A DNA stretch of 58,745 nucleotides from Octopus bimaculoides. Taxonomy: Eukaryota. Shown here in pieces: positions 36,116 through 48,415 of the stretch. How positions within the stretch are numbered: position 1 is the stretch's first letter; every line of letters begins with the position of its first letter. The DNA is taken from positions 9,998,766 through 10,057,510 of the forward strand of contig NC_068982.1 of assembly GCF_001194135.2 (NCBI RefSeq). The letters run 5' to 3'. The translations under genes and the position numbers were made by a program. Below the pieces are notes generated by a model. That model searched no databases. It was not told the origin of the DNA and saw only the letters and a program-made list of their open reading frames with translations.

Positions 36116-38216
36116 TATATATATATATAATTGTAATTATTATTTCACTTAAGCATAGTGATAGCAATAACCTGGTGTTAGAACTCAATACAACAATGCT
36201 TTAGAACAAATCATCAGTCGAGTACAAAGCAGGAATAAGAAATTAGAATGACAAAGGAATAGGAAATAATGTCATGATCGTCATTAGCTTACAGCTGTTT
36301 CACTTCACTCTAAAAGAGGCTTCTGCTTTTCAAACTCCCTACTTCATTTCCTGCATACGCTTATGCTTTTCTGAGGATATACATAAACACACATGTTTTT
36401 GCAAGCAAAATTGATCTTCAGTTTGAAGTTCTGATGAAGCTATGAGGCGATACATAAGCACTCAACTATGAATGCATTGCATCTTATAGCAGAAACAGCT
36501 GTAAGCTATTGATGTCCATTATATAATTTCTTATTTCCATATCATTTTAATTTCTTGCATCTATATACCTATACTCAATTAGATGTACATTAGAGAACAG
36601 TCTAGTAAATTCCAAGAAAACTGGAAAAAAAAAAAAATCAGTGCTCTTCAAACGATATCGTTTGCATCAATTAATTAACAATGGATTTAAAAGTGAGTTG
36701 CAGCCTCTCCCCACCACTCCCACAAATTGGTCTCATGAAAACCTGTAACTTACAATACAATTGTTCAACAATTTAAATGTATATTAAAATATAATAAAGT
36801 ACATAAACTTAGTGGGTAAAATAAAAATAAATTGTATAATATTCACATTGGAATTCTAAGCTTACATCAGATCAATTGATTTCAATACAGAATTGACCAT
36901 AAGCCTGTCTGATGGCACAATGGAGTTAAATGAGATCATTTGTTTTCTATACAGAATCAGTCACAAATGAAATTAAATGGTTTCAACATATTTGAAATTA
37001 AATCAGAGATTTGTGTCACTGGTCAATTATCTATTGTTCTGAAATCCAGTTCTCTACCTAAAGCACAAGGCTAAGTTTTATCATAATGTTGTTAAGCTTG
37101 ATTCAATTCGTATCCTGAAGAGAGAAGACGAATCTGGTATTTGGAACCGATTGCTCTTCGGAATGAAAATTCATTTTCCAACTGGGAAAAGTTTTTCCCA
37201 AGAAATTGAAATATTCATTTTTCTCCTATTTCTGCTAATGCAGAGTATTAACAGTTTCTTTGGAACAAGCAATATATCTTGTAAATTTAGTACTGATGAG
37301 GCATAGTTCATTTGTATCAACTTAACATCATACAGGCAAATAATTAGGCCCCCAGATGAAAGAAACATAATGTTGATCATGATCAGATTTAAACTTTTGA
37401 TGTAGGAGGCTGAATCTATGTATTGTATTAACTTTTAGTCAAAATGAGTAGTCCCAGTAATTGAAACAACTGCAAAACAGTTAAGGCTAAAACAGAAGGC
37501 TCAGTGTCTGATGATCGATCATGTACATTGGCACAAGACCATAAGATTAATGGATATGGTTGATTTAACTAACTTTCAGTATGGTTAATGTTTATTTAAC
37601 ACTGTCAGGTTATATTCCTGGGAATGGGAATATCAGTCTTGATATTCTGCTGAATTACCGATATATTGGAAATGGGTAAACCTCATGTTGAAGTTAGGTC
37701 AGAATGAAGAATAAATCAGCCATTCAAAATAAAGTGTTGTTGTCAATGCAGTATTAGGTTTGTGTACAAATGTCTACTCAAAGATGAGGTGTTTTTTTAA
37801 ATCATTTTTCTGGTGATTTTATTATTTTTTTTTTTACTATGAGGAGAAGCTCACTGCAACCAAACATATTTGGAGAAGGAAGGTAAATAGAGAGGATGTT
37901 CGCAACAGCAGAAATACTGCAGGAATGGAAATACTCTGATCAGGGATGAATGGGAATTCAATCAAATATATTACAAAGATGGTTTAGAATTGGTTAAAAT
38001 GCATGGAAATTTTGAAGCTGAAAATGAGATTGGAAGGTGATGTTTGCACTTCGCAAATTGAAAATGAAAACAATATGCCTAAAAAAGAAAAAAGAGAAAA
38101 CTGGCATAACAAAGAAAAATACTGGAATTAGAATGAAGATTTGTCAATTTTAAGAAAGGATCAAAGTTTGTTTTTTTTTTGTTGTCATTATGTTATTTTC
38201 AATAAATCTATTTCTA

Positions 38217-38735
38217 CAGTTCTATATTTAAGAGATGAGGAATTCTGTACATTATTTACATTATTTACATTATTTACAATTGACAGATATTTGTCCTCAT
38301 CTTGTTTGTTGTTAACACAATGTTTCAGCTGATATACCCTCCAGCCTTCATCCTGGGGGAATTTCAAACCTGGGTTCTCATTCCTAAGGTATTTTTCCAA
38401 TGTTATTATTATTATCATTATTATTATTATAATTGTTCAAGTCACTGCTTGGAATTGGACTCAGAATCTTGGGATGAGTAGCTCACACTCTTAACCACCA
38501 TGCCATATGCTCGTGGACAATTATGGAGTGAATTTTAGGGCTTATAAATCTAATATTTTCCTATCCTTCCTTAATACCGTTTCCCAAATGCTATTCATAT
38601 CTGCACTCGGTCTGCTTAGGAGGTTATTGTGTCCTAGCATATGTGCTGCCTCTTTTAGTTTTCGTATTTTCCAGTGGTGTTCTCTGTCTATTATTCTAAT
38701 TTCATTCCACAGGGGAGTGGGTCTCCATTTTTTCT
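38217..38735 (-). mobile_element. Penelope-like element 3' end: endonuclease C-terminus, tRNA-like head and hammerhead region
   Basis: 38724-38545 on the minus strand gives 60 open codons RPTPLWNEIRIIDREHHWKIRKLKEAAHMLGHNNLLSRPSADMNSIWETVLRKDRKILDL with TAA at 38544-38542. This fits the PLE GIY-YIG C-terminal pattern (W..I.IID.E..W..RK.KEA.H...L.R). The tRNA-like head starts about 30 nt after the stop. The hammerhead core is partly deleted in this copy. Confidence 0.82.
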
Positions 38736-39105
38736 ATTTGAACACTCTAAAGAGTATCGGGTGAGGAGCTCAGGCCAAAATGTGTATTATATCCCTTCGG
38801 TCAAGGTTAACAAGGTTAAATGTCCCTTGGAAGGATGAGAGTTTGTCATGCAGGCTTGGGTTTAACCATTTGATATTTGAACCTGCCATATCCAGCCAAA
38901 ATATTCCACCTGCTTTATATTCAAACCAGCTGGATCCTGTCTCTCACACCTACCTAACAATGTCATTCCAAAAATAATCAATCACATCATCGAAATCTCA
39001 AAGCTACGAGATAATACAGGATTATACACTTCTATATCTAAGAGATGAGGAATTATTTACATTATTTACAATTGACGGATGTTTGTCCTCATCTTGTTTG
39101 TTGTT

Positions 39106-39151
39106 AACTCAACATTTCGGCTGATATACCCTCCAGCCTTCATCAGGTGTC
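39106..39151 (-). ncRNA. Minimal type I hammerhead ribozyme motif with one stem I mismatch
   Basis: The minus strand reads GACAC CTGATGA A GGCTG GAGGGTATAT CAGCC GAAA TGTT GAGTT. Confidence 0.62.
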
Positions 39152-39279
39152 TTGGGGAAATTTCAAACCTGGGTTTTCATTCTTAGGGTATGTTTCAATA
39201 TTATTATTATTATTCAGGTCACTGCTTGGAATCGAACTCGGAATCTTGGGATTAGTAGCCCGCACTCTTAACCACCCAA

Positions 39280-39325
39280 GACACCTGATGAAGGCTGGAG
39301 GGTATAACAGCCGAAATGTTGTGTT
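39280..39325 (+). ncRNA. Minimal type I hammerhead ribozyme motif
   Basis: GACAC/GTGTT stem I, CTGATGA core, extra A, GGCTG/CAGCC stem II, GAAA, loopless helix III (AT/GT here, ACGT in the inferred consensus) and a GUU cleavage triplet. Activity not tested. Confidence 0.68.
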
Positions 39326-39979
39326 AACAACAAACAAGATGAGGACAAATATCCATCAAATGTAAATAATGTAAATGCATGATTAATACAAAGCAATGTG
39401 AATAAATAAGCTGAACATTTCAGAGAAATCTGAATACAAAAGGGTTAAACTAACAATGAAGAATGACAAAAACTAAACACTATAAAGTATGAAATATCTC
39501 CCCACAGCCTGCAGTGTTTGTAATGTTTCGCTGCTTCATAAAATGTAAGTCTGTCATTTTTTTACTGTTACACAAAAATGCACCAATAAATTGGTTATCC
39601 GCCAGCATCAGCACATCATTATTATTATTGCCCTCATGCTTGTAGCAGAACGTAAATATCTGCCTGGTATGTAAACATATAATGCAATCATTACATACAG
39701 AATCAACAATTTCTCTTGTCTCTGTATATCTAAATAATGCTTTTTTTTTTTTGCCTGATGACGAATTGAAAGACAAATCAAACCTTTAAAAACCAACTAG
39801 ACTGTTCTATCATTTCTTAATATATGTGTGTTAGAAAGAGAGGGCTGTTTCCAGAACATACACACACACACACACACACTTATATATATATGTATATATA
39901 TTTATATATATACATACATATATACATACTTATATATAGATACACATGCATACCTACCTACCTACCTACCTATATATAC

Positions 39980-40031
<52 letters not shown>

Positions 40032-40168
40032 TCTTACACATACAAAACATATACACACACACAAAACATACACACACACTCNNNNNNNNNNATATATATA
40101 TATATATATATATATACACTCTTACACATACAAAACATATACACACACACAAAACATACACACACACT

Positions 40169-40206
<38 letters not shown>

Positions 40207-40237
40207 AATACATATACAAAATACATACATATATACA

Positions 40238-40515
40238 TCATTATCATTATTCGTGTCCATGCTGGCATGGGTTGGACGATTTGACTGGGCTGGTAAGCTA
40301 GAAGGCTGCACAAGACTCCAGTCTGATTTAGCATGGTTTTCTGCAGCTGGATGCTCTTCCTAACGCCAACCACTCCAAGACTGTAAGGGGTGCTTTTATG
40401 TGCCACCGGCATGGGTGCCATTTGCATGACACCAATATCTGTTATGACTATGATTTTGCTTGGCTTGATGGGTCTTCTTCTCAAGCACGACATAATGCCA
40501 AAAGGTTTCAGTCAT
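40238..40515 (-). mobile_element. RTE LINE 3' end
   Basis: Family tail plus CTTCTCAAGCACG. Confidence 0.8.
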
Positions 40516-41439
40516 ATATAAGCATATATATTTACAAAACGTACACACACTCACTTACACATATACATGCACAAATATTTTGCGTATTGAGAATGAGATA
40601 TTTTTAACAGAATTTTACATAACAAAACCCTTATTCCTTTTGTATACCACAAAAATGGTTCAACCACCATTTAGCTTTTATCTCGAAAGAATTAAGCAAG
40701 AATTAAGGCAAAAATAATTTCATCGTAGATAACATATTTTCCAGACATAAAGGTAACAGATTTCTATTTATCATCTCTTCACATGATTCCAGTCAAAGAA
40801 AACAAAACCAAGAAACAAAAAAATAATGGCAAATGGAAGATGAAATAATGAACCTAGATATGTTTGTTCGTTTTCACATTAATTTATAATATTCCTCAAA
40901 TGGAGAAAAATACTGTGGTTGTTTGTTCTCAGTCATAGATTTGCATTTATTTGTGCTGCTTTAAATAATGGGTCAGAGTGGTTATGGAAGATGTTGTTGC
41001 TACTGTTGTTGTTGTTGTAACTGCTTTCCAATTTTTCAAAGAGAACTGTTGAAACTGAAGGATGTGGAAGACAGAAATAAACCTACATGCATGAATGTAC
41101 ACACACATTATATANNNNNNNNNNNNNNNNNNNNNNNNNNNNNNNNNNNNNNNNNNNNNNNNNNNNNNNNNNNNNNNNNNNNNNNNNNNNNNNNNNNNNN
41201 NNNNNNNNNNNNNNNNNNNNNNNNNNNNNNNNNNNNNNNNNNNNNNNNNNNNNNNNNNNNNNNNNNNNNNNNNNNNNNNNNNNNNNNNNNNNNNNNNNNN
41301 NNNNNNNNNNNNNNNNNNNNNNNNNNNNNNNNNNNNNNNNNNNNNNNNNNNNNNNNNNNNNNNNNNNNNNNNNNNNNNNNNNNNNNNNNNNNNNNNNNNN
41401 NNNNNNNNNNNNNNNNNNNNNNNNNNNNNNNNNNNNNNN

Positions 41440-41505
<66 letters not shown>
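41440..41505. repeat. (GATA)n microsatellite
   Basis: Directly visible. (TA)n, (CA)n, (GA)n, (CAT)n, (AAT)n, (TATG)n and (GACA)n arrays recur throughout, for example at 8095-8172, 35690-35758, 57850-57910 and 58170-58280. Confidence 0.98.
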
Positions 41506-41506
<1 letters not shown>

Positions 41507-42429
41507 CACACACATACAGAGACATGCATCCAATCACATGCATCTAATGATATATTCTCTGTGTTGAGCTTATATAAATGTTAATGTGTATTTTAATGAG
41601 CATGGGCAAAAAAAAAGTTAAAGGAGAAATAAAGAAACTGAAAAAAGAAAAAGAAAAAAGAAAAGAAAAAATTGAAATACTTGATAGTAACAGTTGCTGC
41701 GGCATCTACAGCAGCGAGAAAAACAAAACAGAATCGGATAATGAGTAGATTTCAACGAAAGATCTCACACATGATTCTTTGTAGCAAAATAAATAAATAA
41801 AAGTTAAAATTAAAAAAAGCCAAAATAAAGGAAGAAATCAGAAAAAGAAAATCTTGAGATATGTCTAAGATTCTGAATTCAGCTGAAATATATCACCTAA
41901 TTAATACATCTAAGACGATTGGGAGAAATAAGTGCTTTTCATTGATGTATTTTTTTATTTCTCCATCTCCTTGAAACTTATATATGCTAGGGGTCGGGGC
42001 TGTCTGCGTCTTCCTAGTAAATCTTTGGCCATTAGCTGATGTAATAAATCATTGTTATCATAGCTAGAGTGTAATTTTAAGAAAAGAACTGGCAATTTAT
42101 CTGCTGCTATGGATGCCAAAGCATGGCCAAACTCAAGCCGGTTGTCCAAACTCAACTTAAGCAGATCAACTTACCAGAGATACAGGATGCGTCTCCCAAG
42201 ACCTTCCTTCATGAATGCAGGACTGAGATGAAAGGCATTGTGTAGGTTAAAAATGTCCAAGCAAGCTCAACCAGATAATAATGATGATGATTATAGTTTG
42301 GATGATGGGTTAAGGTAACAAGGCACCAGACTGAATTTCATTATTGAATTTAGTCTCATAACTCCAGGTCTAGTGTGCAAACCCTACCTGAGCTGAGTTT
42401 TACCTTTCACCTCACAGTTTTTTCTTTTT

Positions 42430-42796
42430 CTTTTCTTTTACTTGTTTCAGTCGTTTGACTGTGGCCATGCTGGAGCACCACCTTTAGTCAAACAAATTAA
42501 CCCCAGGACTTATTCTTTATAAGCTTAGTACTTATTCTATTAGGTTCTTTTGCTGAACCACTAAGTTACGGGGGACGTAAACACACCAACACCAGTTGTC
42601 AAACGATGGTGAGGGGACAAGCACAGACAAACAAATATATATATGACAGGCTTCTTTCAGTTTCTATCTACCAAATCCACTCACAAAGCTTTGGTCGGCC
42701 CGAGACTATAGTAGAAGACACTTGCCCAAGGTGCCATGCAGTGGGACTGAACCCAGAACCATATGGTTGGTAAGCAAGCTACTTACCACACAGTCC
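42430..42796 (-). mobile_element. SINE-A, near full length
   Basis: Matches 32647-33049. Confidence 0.88.
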
Positions 42797-43394
42797 ACCT
42801 TCAATTCAGCAGGCCTGTGAGCAAAGTTATCCCAGATTAATTTATTTATTTTATTTTATTTTTTTTGTGTAGGTTTATGTCTGGGATCATGTTTGGAAAA
42901 TTCTCAGTAAGAAATTTTACCATATAGGAAAATTTACTTAATGGACAATGATAAAGCATATTATATCGATATTTTTTAAAATAATAAAAAAAGATAAATG
43001 GTTATTTTTAATTCAAGCATTAAACAGGCAAGTCTTTATTCAACATCAAACATTAAAAAATATGATGAGGTGATTAAAAACTAAATCTCTAACAGAATTT
43101 TCCTACAGCAAAAATGTTTGCAGTGAAATTTCCTGTAACCATCTGGGATGGCATTGTTCAATGTGTAGCTTTTCTTTCCCAAGACAGTAAAGTTGGCTGA
43201 TATTTCTAGCAAGAGGGGCAACCACATAGCAGGTCCCTATACCAAAGTTCTTTAGTAAAATGAATGGCAGTTGTTGTTGAGTCACCCCACTTGAGCCATG
43301 GTTGAGTAGACCTATGATAAAAAGCATTCCAGCCTTGACTGTTCCATCTGTTTCCAATATGCAAAAAAACCCTAGAACCATTTAATATATTCCA

Positions 43395-43530
43395 ATTGGC
43401 AGAGTCAGTAGAGTATCATATAAAATGCTTGGTGCTATATGTTTTGACCCTTTAGGCTCTGAGTTCATATCCAACGAAAGTAAAGTTTGCCTTTTATCCT
43501 TTCTTGATTGATAAAAAAGTACTAATATAA
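43395..43530 (+). mobile_element. SINE-B, degenerate
   Basis: TTGGCAGAGTC...AAATGCTT...CTGAGTTCA...TTTGCCTTTTATCCTTTC. Confidence 0.6.
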
Positions 43531-43619
43531 GATAGTATATTGATAGGACTGTAAGCTATAAGACTATCGGACCATATGCCTTGCTAGATTCAATTGGGAT
43601 CCTTGCATTCTGAGTTCGA

Positions 43620-43890
43620 ATCATCATCATCATTGTTTAGCCTCTTCTGGAATGGGTTGGGCGGTTTGACTGAGGACTGGCAAGCCAGGAGGCTGCACGA
43701 GGCTCCAATCTGATCTGACAAGGTTTCTACAGCTGGATGCCCTTCCTAATGCCAACCACTTTGAAAGTGTAGTTGGTGCTTTTTACATGCCACCAGCACA
43801 GGAGCCTGTCAGGGTCACTGGCATCAACCACGTTCAGATGGTGCATTTTACATACCACCAGCACAGGAGCCAGTCATGTGGAACTGGCAC
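43620..43890 (-). mobile_element. RTE LINE 3' UTR
   Basis: Family tail plus subunits. Confidence 0.82.
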
Positions 43891-44577
43891 AAATTCTATC
43901 ATGAAATTCCTCCTTGTACATTAGATGCCTATGGCAGAATCCATTTTGTTGTAAGCATTTGAGCCAGGTCTCTAATTTGTAGATGCCTTCCTCTTTCCTT
44001 GGCACCAGACTTAAAGACTCTGAAAAGGGTCAATCAGGATCATGCCTTCCCATCTACTACAAAAATTAAGAATATTGAGGGAAATTTAGGTTTTGTTTCA
44101 TGAAAGTCAAGCAACCATCTCACTTAGTGGCTCAGTAGGTACCTGTCATATACTTGGGACACTAACCAACTTAACCCTTCTCACCAAGCATATGACTCTG
44201 TGACAAAGAGAGAAATTATTCGGTTGCTATGGAAAGTTTTGTTTGCAGGCCTTTTTCTTTGAATCTGTCATTATGGTAGAATGTTTGTATCTTCTTGGCA
44301 AACTCCATGCATCTGCATTGGATTCTAACATAAATTTATGACAACCATATATTTTGTGTGTGTGTCTTTGTCCTACATTCCATTAATTATCATAATTCAT
44401 TCAAAGAGGAACTATAAAGACCCTTGTTCAAAGTGCTATGCAGAGGGACTGAACCTAAAGCAAACCTCATAACCACACAGCTATGCTTCATTTTCACATG
44501 ATTCATGCTCAGAGTAGTATTGAAACAGCACATTGTTAATGTGCTAATAAATTATTAATTATTGATTACCAAGAAGG

Positions 44578-44622
<45 letters not shown>

Positions 44623-45084
44623 AATTGATCTATCCAGTTTACTTAAGCCGTAGTAATTTGAGAATTTATACTATATTTGCAGACCATTAAGGGTGGTACT
44701 TGATCGCTGATAAAATCCCAAAATGGGATTGAAACTGATATGGTCAACCCCTTTCACCTGTCCATAAAGATATTATGTTTACAAAGTGTCTACATGTCTC
44801 TTACATACAGCGTTGGCTAGAAAAAAATCTATAGAGTATAACTTTGCTACAATACACTATTCATGCTCTAGTAATTTAATTAACTGGACTACACTAAATG
44901 TCACATCTATAAAAAATATTATTTTCCCTTGTGCTTATTGGAAAATAATCAATACTTTGCTTAAAAACAAAATGCTGTGTTGTTTATGTTGTTGTTGTTG
45001 GTGTTTAAACCTAGGTTAGCCTGGAATGAGCAGACCAATGATTAATGTCATTCCAGATATGACTATCTCAACTTTTATAAGAAT

Positions 45085-45440
45085 ATCATCATCATCATCG
45101 TCGTTTAACGGCCACCTTCTATGCTAGCCTGGGTTGGACGATTTGACTGAGGACTGGCGAACTAGATAGCTACACTAGGCTCCAATCTGATTTGGCAGAG
45201 TTTCTACAGCTGGATGCCCTTCCTAACGCCAACCACTCTGAGAGTATAGTGGGTGCTTTTACGTGCCACCGACACGAAGGCCAGTCAGGCAGTACTGGCA
45301 ACGGCCATGCTTGAAATGGTGTATTTTACGTGCCACCTGCACAGGAGCCAGTCCAGCGGCACTGGCAACGATCTCGCTTGAATGTCTTTTCACATGTCTC
45401 TGGCACAAGTGCCAGGAAGGCGACGTTGGTAACGATCTGG
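45085..45440 (-). mobile_element. RTE LINE 3' UTR
   Basis: Family tail plus three subunits. Confidence 0.85.
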
Positions 45441-46014
45441 GTATGTAGGACTATATTATGTAATATGTTTCTGATCGATTGATGATGATAAGCTGTAATT
45501 AAGGGAGATTGGACAGCTATTTCTAGCAGAGTAATTGACCACAAATAGACATTTCAGCTTTGAACAACCAGCCTGGTTTTCAAGCATTTATCTAAGACTA
45601 CCTTATCCAATAAATCTTCCCTATCTTTCATAAGGTATGATATAAGGAACAATTTTGCTAGTATGTGTATAGGGGGTTAATGGGGTAAATAAAGGCTCCT
45701 TTGTTGATTCAAATAAACACCATTTTAAAAAGAAACAAAGAGTGCAGAGGCAGATAATCATGTTCATTGTGAAGAAAAGAAAAACATTTTCTTCAGACAC
45801 CTGGTGAAACCAGGCAGTTCTTCCAGGAATATGGTAAAAGAGAATCGAAAGAGTTCATAAAATAAAGATTATGTGTACTGATAATGTATGTGTTCTGGCA
45901 TCAGTAATACAGCAGGTGCATTCACACTCAGTTTTGCTCTTGCTTTATGTGTGCATTCAATGAATGTGTGTGTGTGTGTGTGTATATAAGTGTGTGTGTA
46001 TATGTGTGTGTGCT

Positions 46015-46068
<54 letters not shown>

Positions 46069-47574
46069 NNNNNNNNNNNNNNNNNNNNNNNNNNNNNNNN
46101 NNNNNNNNNNNNNNNNNNNNNNNNNNNNNNNNNNNNNNNNNNNNNNNNNNNNNNNNNNNNNNNNNNNNNNNNNNNNNNNNNNNNNNNNNNNNNNNNNNNN
46201 NNNNNNNNNNNNNNNNNNNNNNNNNNNNNNNNNNNNNNNNNNNNNNNNNNNNNNNNNNNNNNNNNNNNNNNNNNNNNNNNNNNNNNNNNNNNNNNNNNNN
46301 NNNNNNNNNNNNNNNNNNNNNNNNNNNNNNNNNNNNNNNNNNNNNNNNNNNNNNNNNNNNNNNNNNNNNNNNNNNNNNNNNNNNNNNNNNNNNNNNNNNN
46401 NNNNNNNNNNNNNNNNNNNNNNNNNNNNNNNNNNNNNNNNNNNNNNNNNNNNNNNNNNNNNNNNNNNNNNNNNNNNNNNNNNNNNNNNNNNNNNNNNNNN
46501 NNNNNNNNNNNNNNNNNNNNNNNNNNNNNNNNNNNNNNNNNNNNNNNNNNNNNNNNNNNNNNNNNNNNNNNNNNNNNNNNNNNNNNNNNNNNNNNNNNNN
46601 NNNNNNNNNNNNNNNNNNNNNNNNNNNNNNNNNNNNNNNNNNNNNNNNNNNNNNNNNNNNNNNNNNNNNNNNNNNNNNNNNNNNNNNNNNNNNNNNNNNN
46701 NNNNNNNNNNNNNNNNNNNNNNNNNNNNNNNNNNNNNNNNNNNNNNNNNNNNNNNNNNNNNNNNNNNNNNNNNNNNNNNNNNNNNNNNNNNNNNNNNNNN
46801 NNNNNNNNNNNNNNNNNTATATATATATATATATACATACATACACACATACGTACATATGTATGTATCTGTGTGTAGTCTTCATTAGAAGGCATTGTAT
46901 GTTGTCCAGAGTTGCATCCAACATTAGCTATTTCTTCTAACCGAGTTTAAGCCTCGCATTTCTGCATTCTTATCTTCACAAGTGTGTATTTGACCTTTAT
47001 TGCTCTGGAGTCATTTATCAAACATACTAATAATACTGATGGTCAGTCTACTGCAGCATACACCTTCTCTAAAACATAGGCTTTCCTTTGCCTAGACAAA
47101 ATAAATCAATATCTGTGAATACCATTTTATGTGTGTATTGATCAGTCAATCAGGCTTCCTATCAATGTTTCTTTTCTACCTCTATGCCTACCTATCTAAG
47201 TCACTATCAATACGAATGTACATGCTCATATAAGCATACACAAACATATGTCTGCAGAAGGGAAAACTTCCATACACATAAATCAATCAGTTATGAAACA
47301 CCTGAAGGAATACCATATCCTAAACATCAGTTACAGTTATTGTTAAGCCAATATAATGGTGCATTAATAATTTGGATGTTAACGAGGCTATCTCGTTTGT
47401 TTATTGAATCCCTCTATTAACAGAAGATGGGAAGTATGTTAAGTAGATTAGCTATCATAATAATACCATGCTTTGCCTGCGAGTACACTGGCAATAAATT
47501 AGGGACCCTACTGCCTGTCCGATCCCATTAAAGAAATATTTAAAAATATGCAGTAAGGCAATATTTTTGATAAA

Positions 47575-48260
47575 GACGGTGAGGTGACAGAATCATTAGT
47601 ATGCCAGACAAAATGCTTAGCAACATTGCATCTGTCTCCATGTTGTGAGTCTCAAATTTTACAGAGATCAACTTTGCTTCTCATTCTTTTAGGGTTCAAT
47701 GAAATAAGAAACAGTTAAGCATTGGCGCTGATATAAATGATCTATGACACCCATCCCTACCGAAATTGCAGGCCTTGTTCCAAAATTCAAAACTAATATT
47801 TCAATGCGGGTGGCACATAAAAGGCTCCATTTGAGTGGCCCCCATGCTGGTGGCACATAAAAAGCATTCACTACACTCTCAAAATGGTTGGCGTTCAGAA
47901 GGACATCCAGCTGTAGAAACTTTGCCAGATCAGATTGGAGCCTGGTGCAGCCTGCTGGCTTGCCAGTCCTCAGTCAAACCGTCCAACCCATGCCAGCATG
48001 GAAAGCGGATGTAAAACGATGATGCAATGATGATATGATGAAGGTGGCAAGCTCACAAAATCATTAGCATGCATAGTAAAATACTGAGTGACCTTTCATT
48101 CATCTTTATGTCCTGACATTAAATTTCCCTAGGGTTAACTATGTCTTTTATCCATCCAGAATCTATAAAATAAGTACCAGTGGCATACTGGGGTTAATGT
48201 AATTGACCTGAAACCCTCCACCAAAATTGCTGGCCTTGTGCCTAACACTTGACGCCAATA
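47575..48260 (+). mobile_element. Cluster: degenerate SINE-B, RTE 3' end, degenerate SINE-B
   Basis: SINE-B at about 47575-47790, RTE tail at about 47790-48035 ending GATGATG, SINE-B at about 48040-48260. Confidence 0.72.
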
Positions 48261-48352
48261 TTTCCATTTTACATACTTCACAACTCAAGTGAAGTTTGAA
48301 GAAGAATATGAGAAAATAATTTTATTGAAAAGTTTAAACACATTCTGAATGG

Positions 48353-48415
<63 letters not shown>

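Larger units (their letters stand above)
39027..39375 (-). mobile_element. tRNA-head plus hammerhead unit with inverted partial copy
   Basis: Minus unit at 39027-39275 (B box GTTCGATTCC) and plus partial at 39276-39375; probable TSD AATACAGGATTA (39013-39024) versus AATGCATGATTA (39374-39385), 10/12. Confidence 0.85.
38866..39444. mobile_element. piggyBac-like MITE carrying a nested Penelope-derived insertion
   Basis: TTAA-CCATTTG left end and CAAAAGGG-TTAA right end; the body matches 3950-4140 once 39025-39385 is removed. Confidence 0.6.

Noticed and set aside
37043-37306. About 88 stop-free codons on the plus strand
   Set aside because: No recognisable motif or paired donor; a few open frames of this length are expected by chance in this much AT-rich sequence.
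39215-39275. tRNA gene calls for the SINE and PLE heads (also 9273, 9765, 11300, 28030, 52083, 55553)
   Set aside because: A and B boxes are present, but the acceptor, anticodon and T stems pair poorly, and each head runs into a repeat body.
39480-39796. Overlapping minus ORFs of 98 and 62 aa
   Set aside because: No recognisable domain; they start in a poly-T-derived K run and lack a convincing splice pair.
43103-43381. 92-aa minus ORF and the alternative frame WNSQGWNAFYHRSTQPW as an exon
   Set aside because: 43265-43360 is the (CAA)n-tailed repeat also seen at 361-548 and near 45000.
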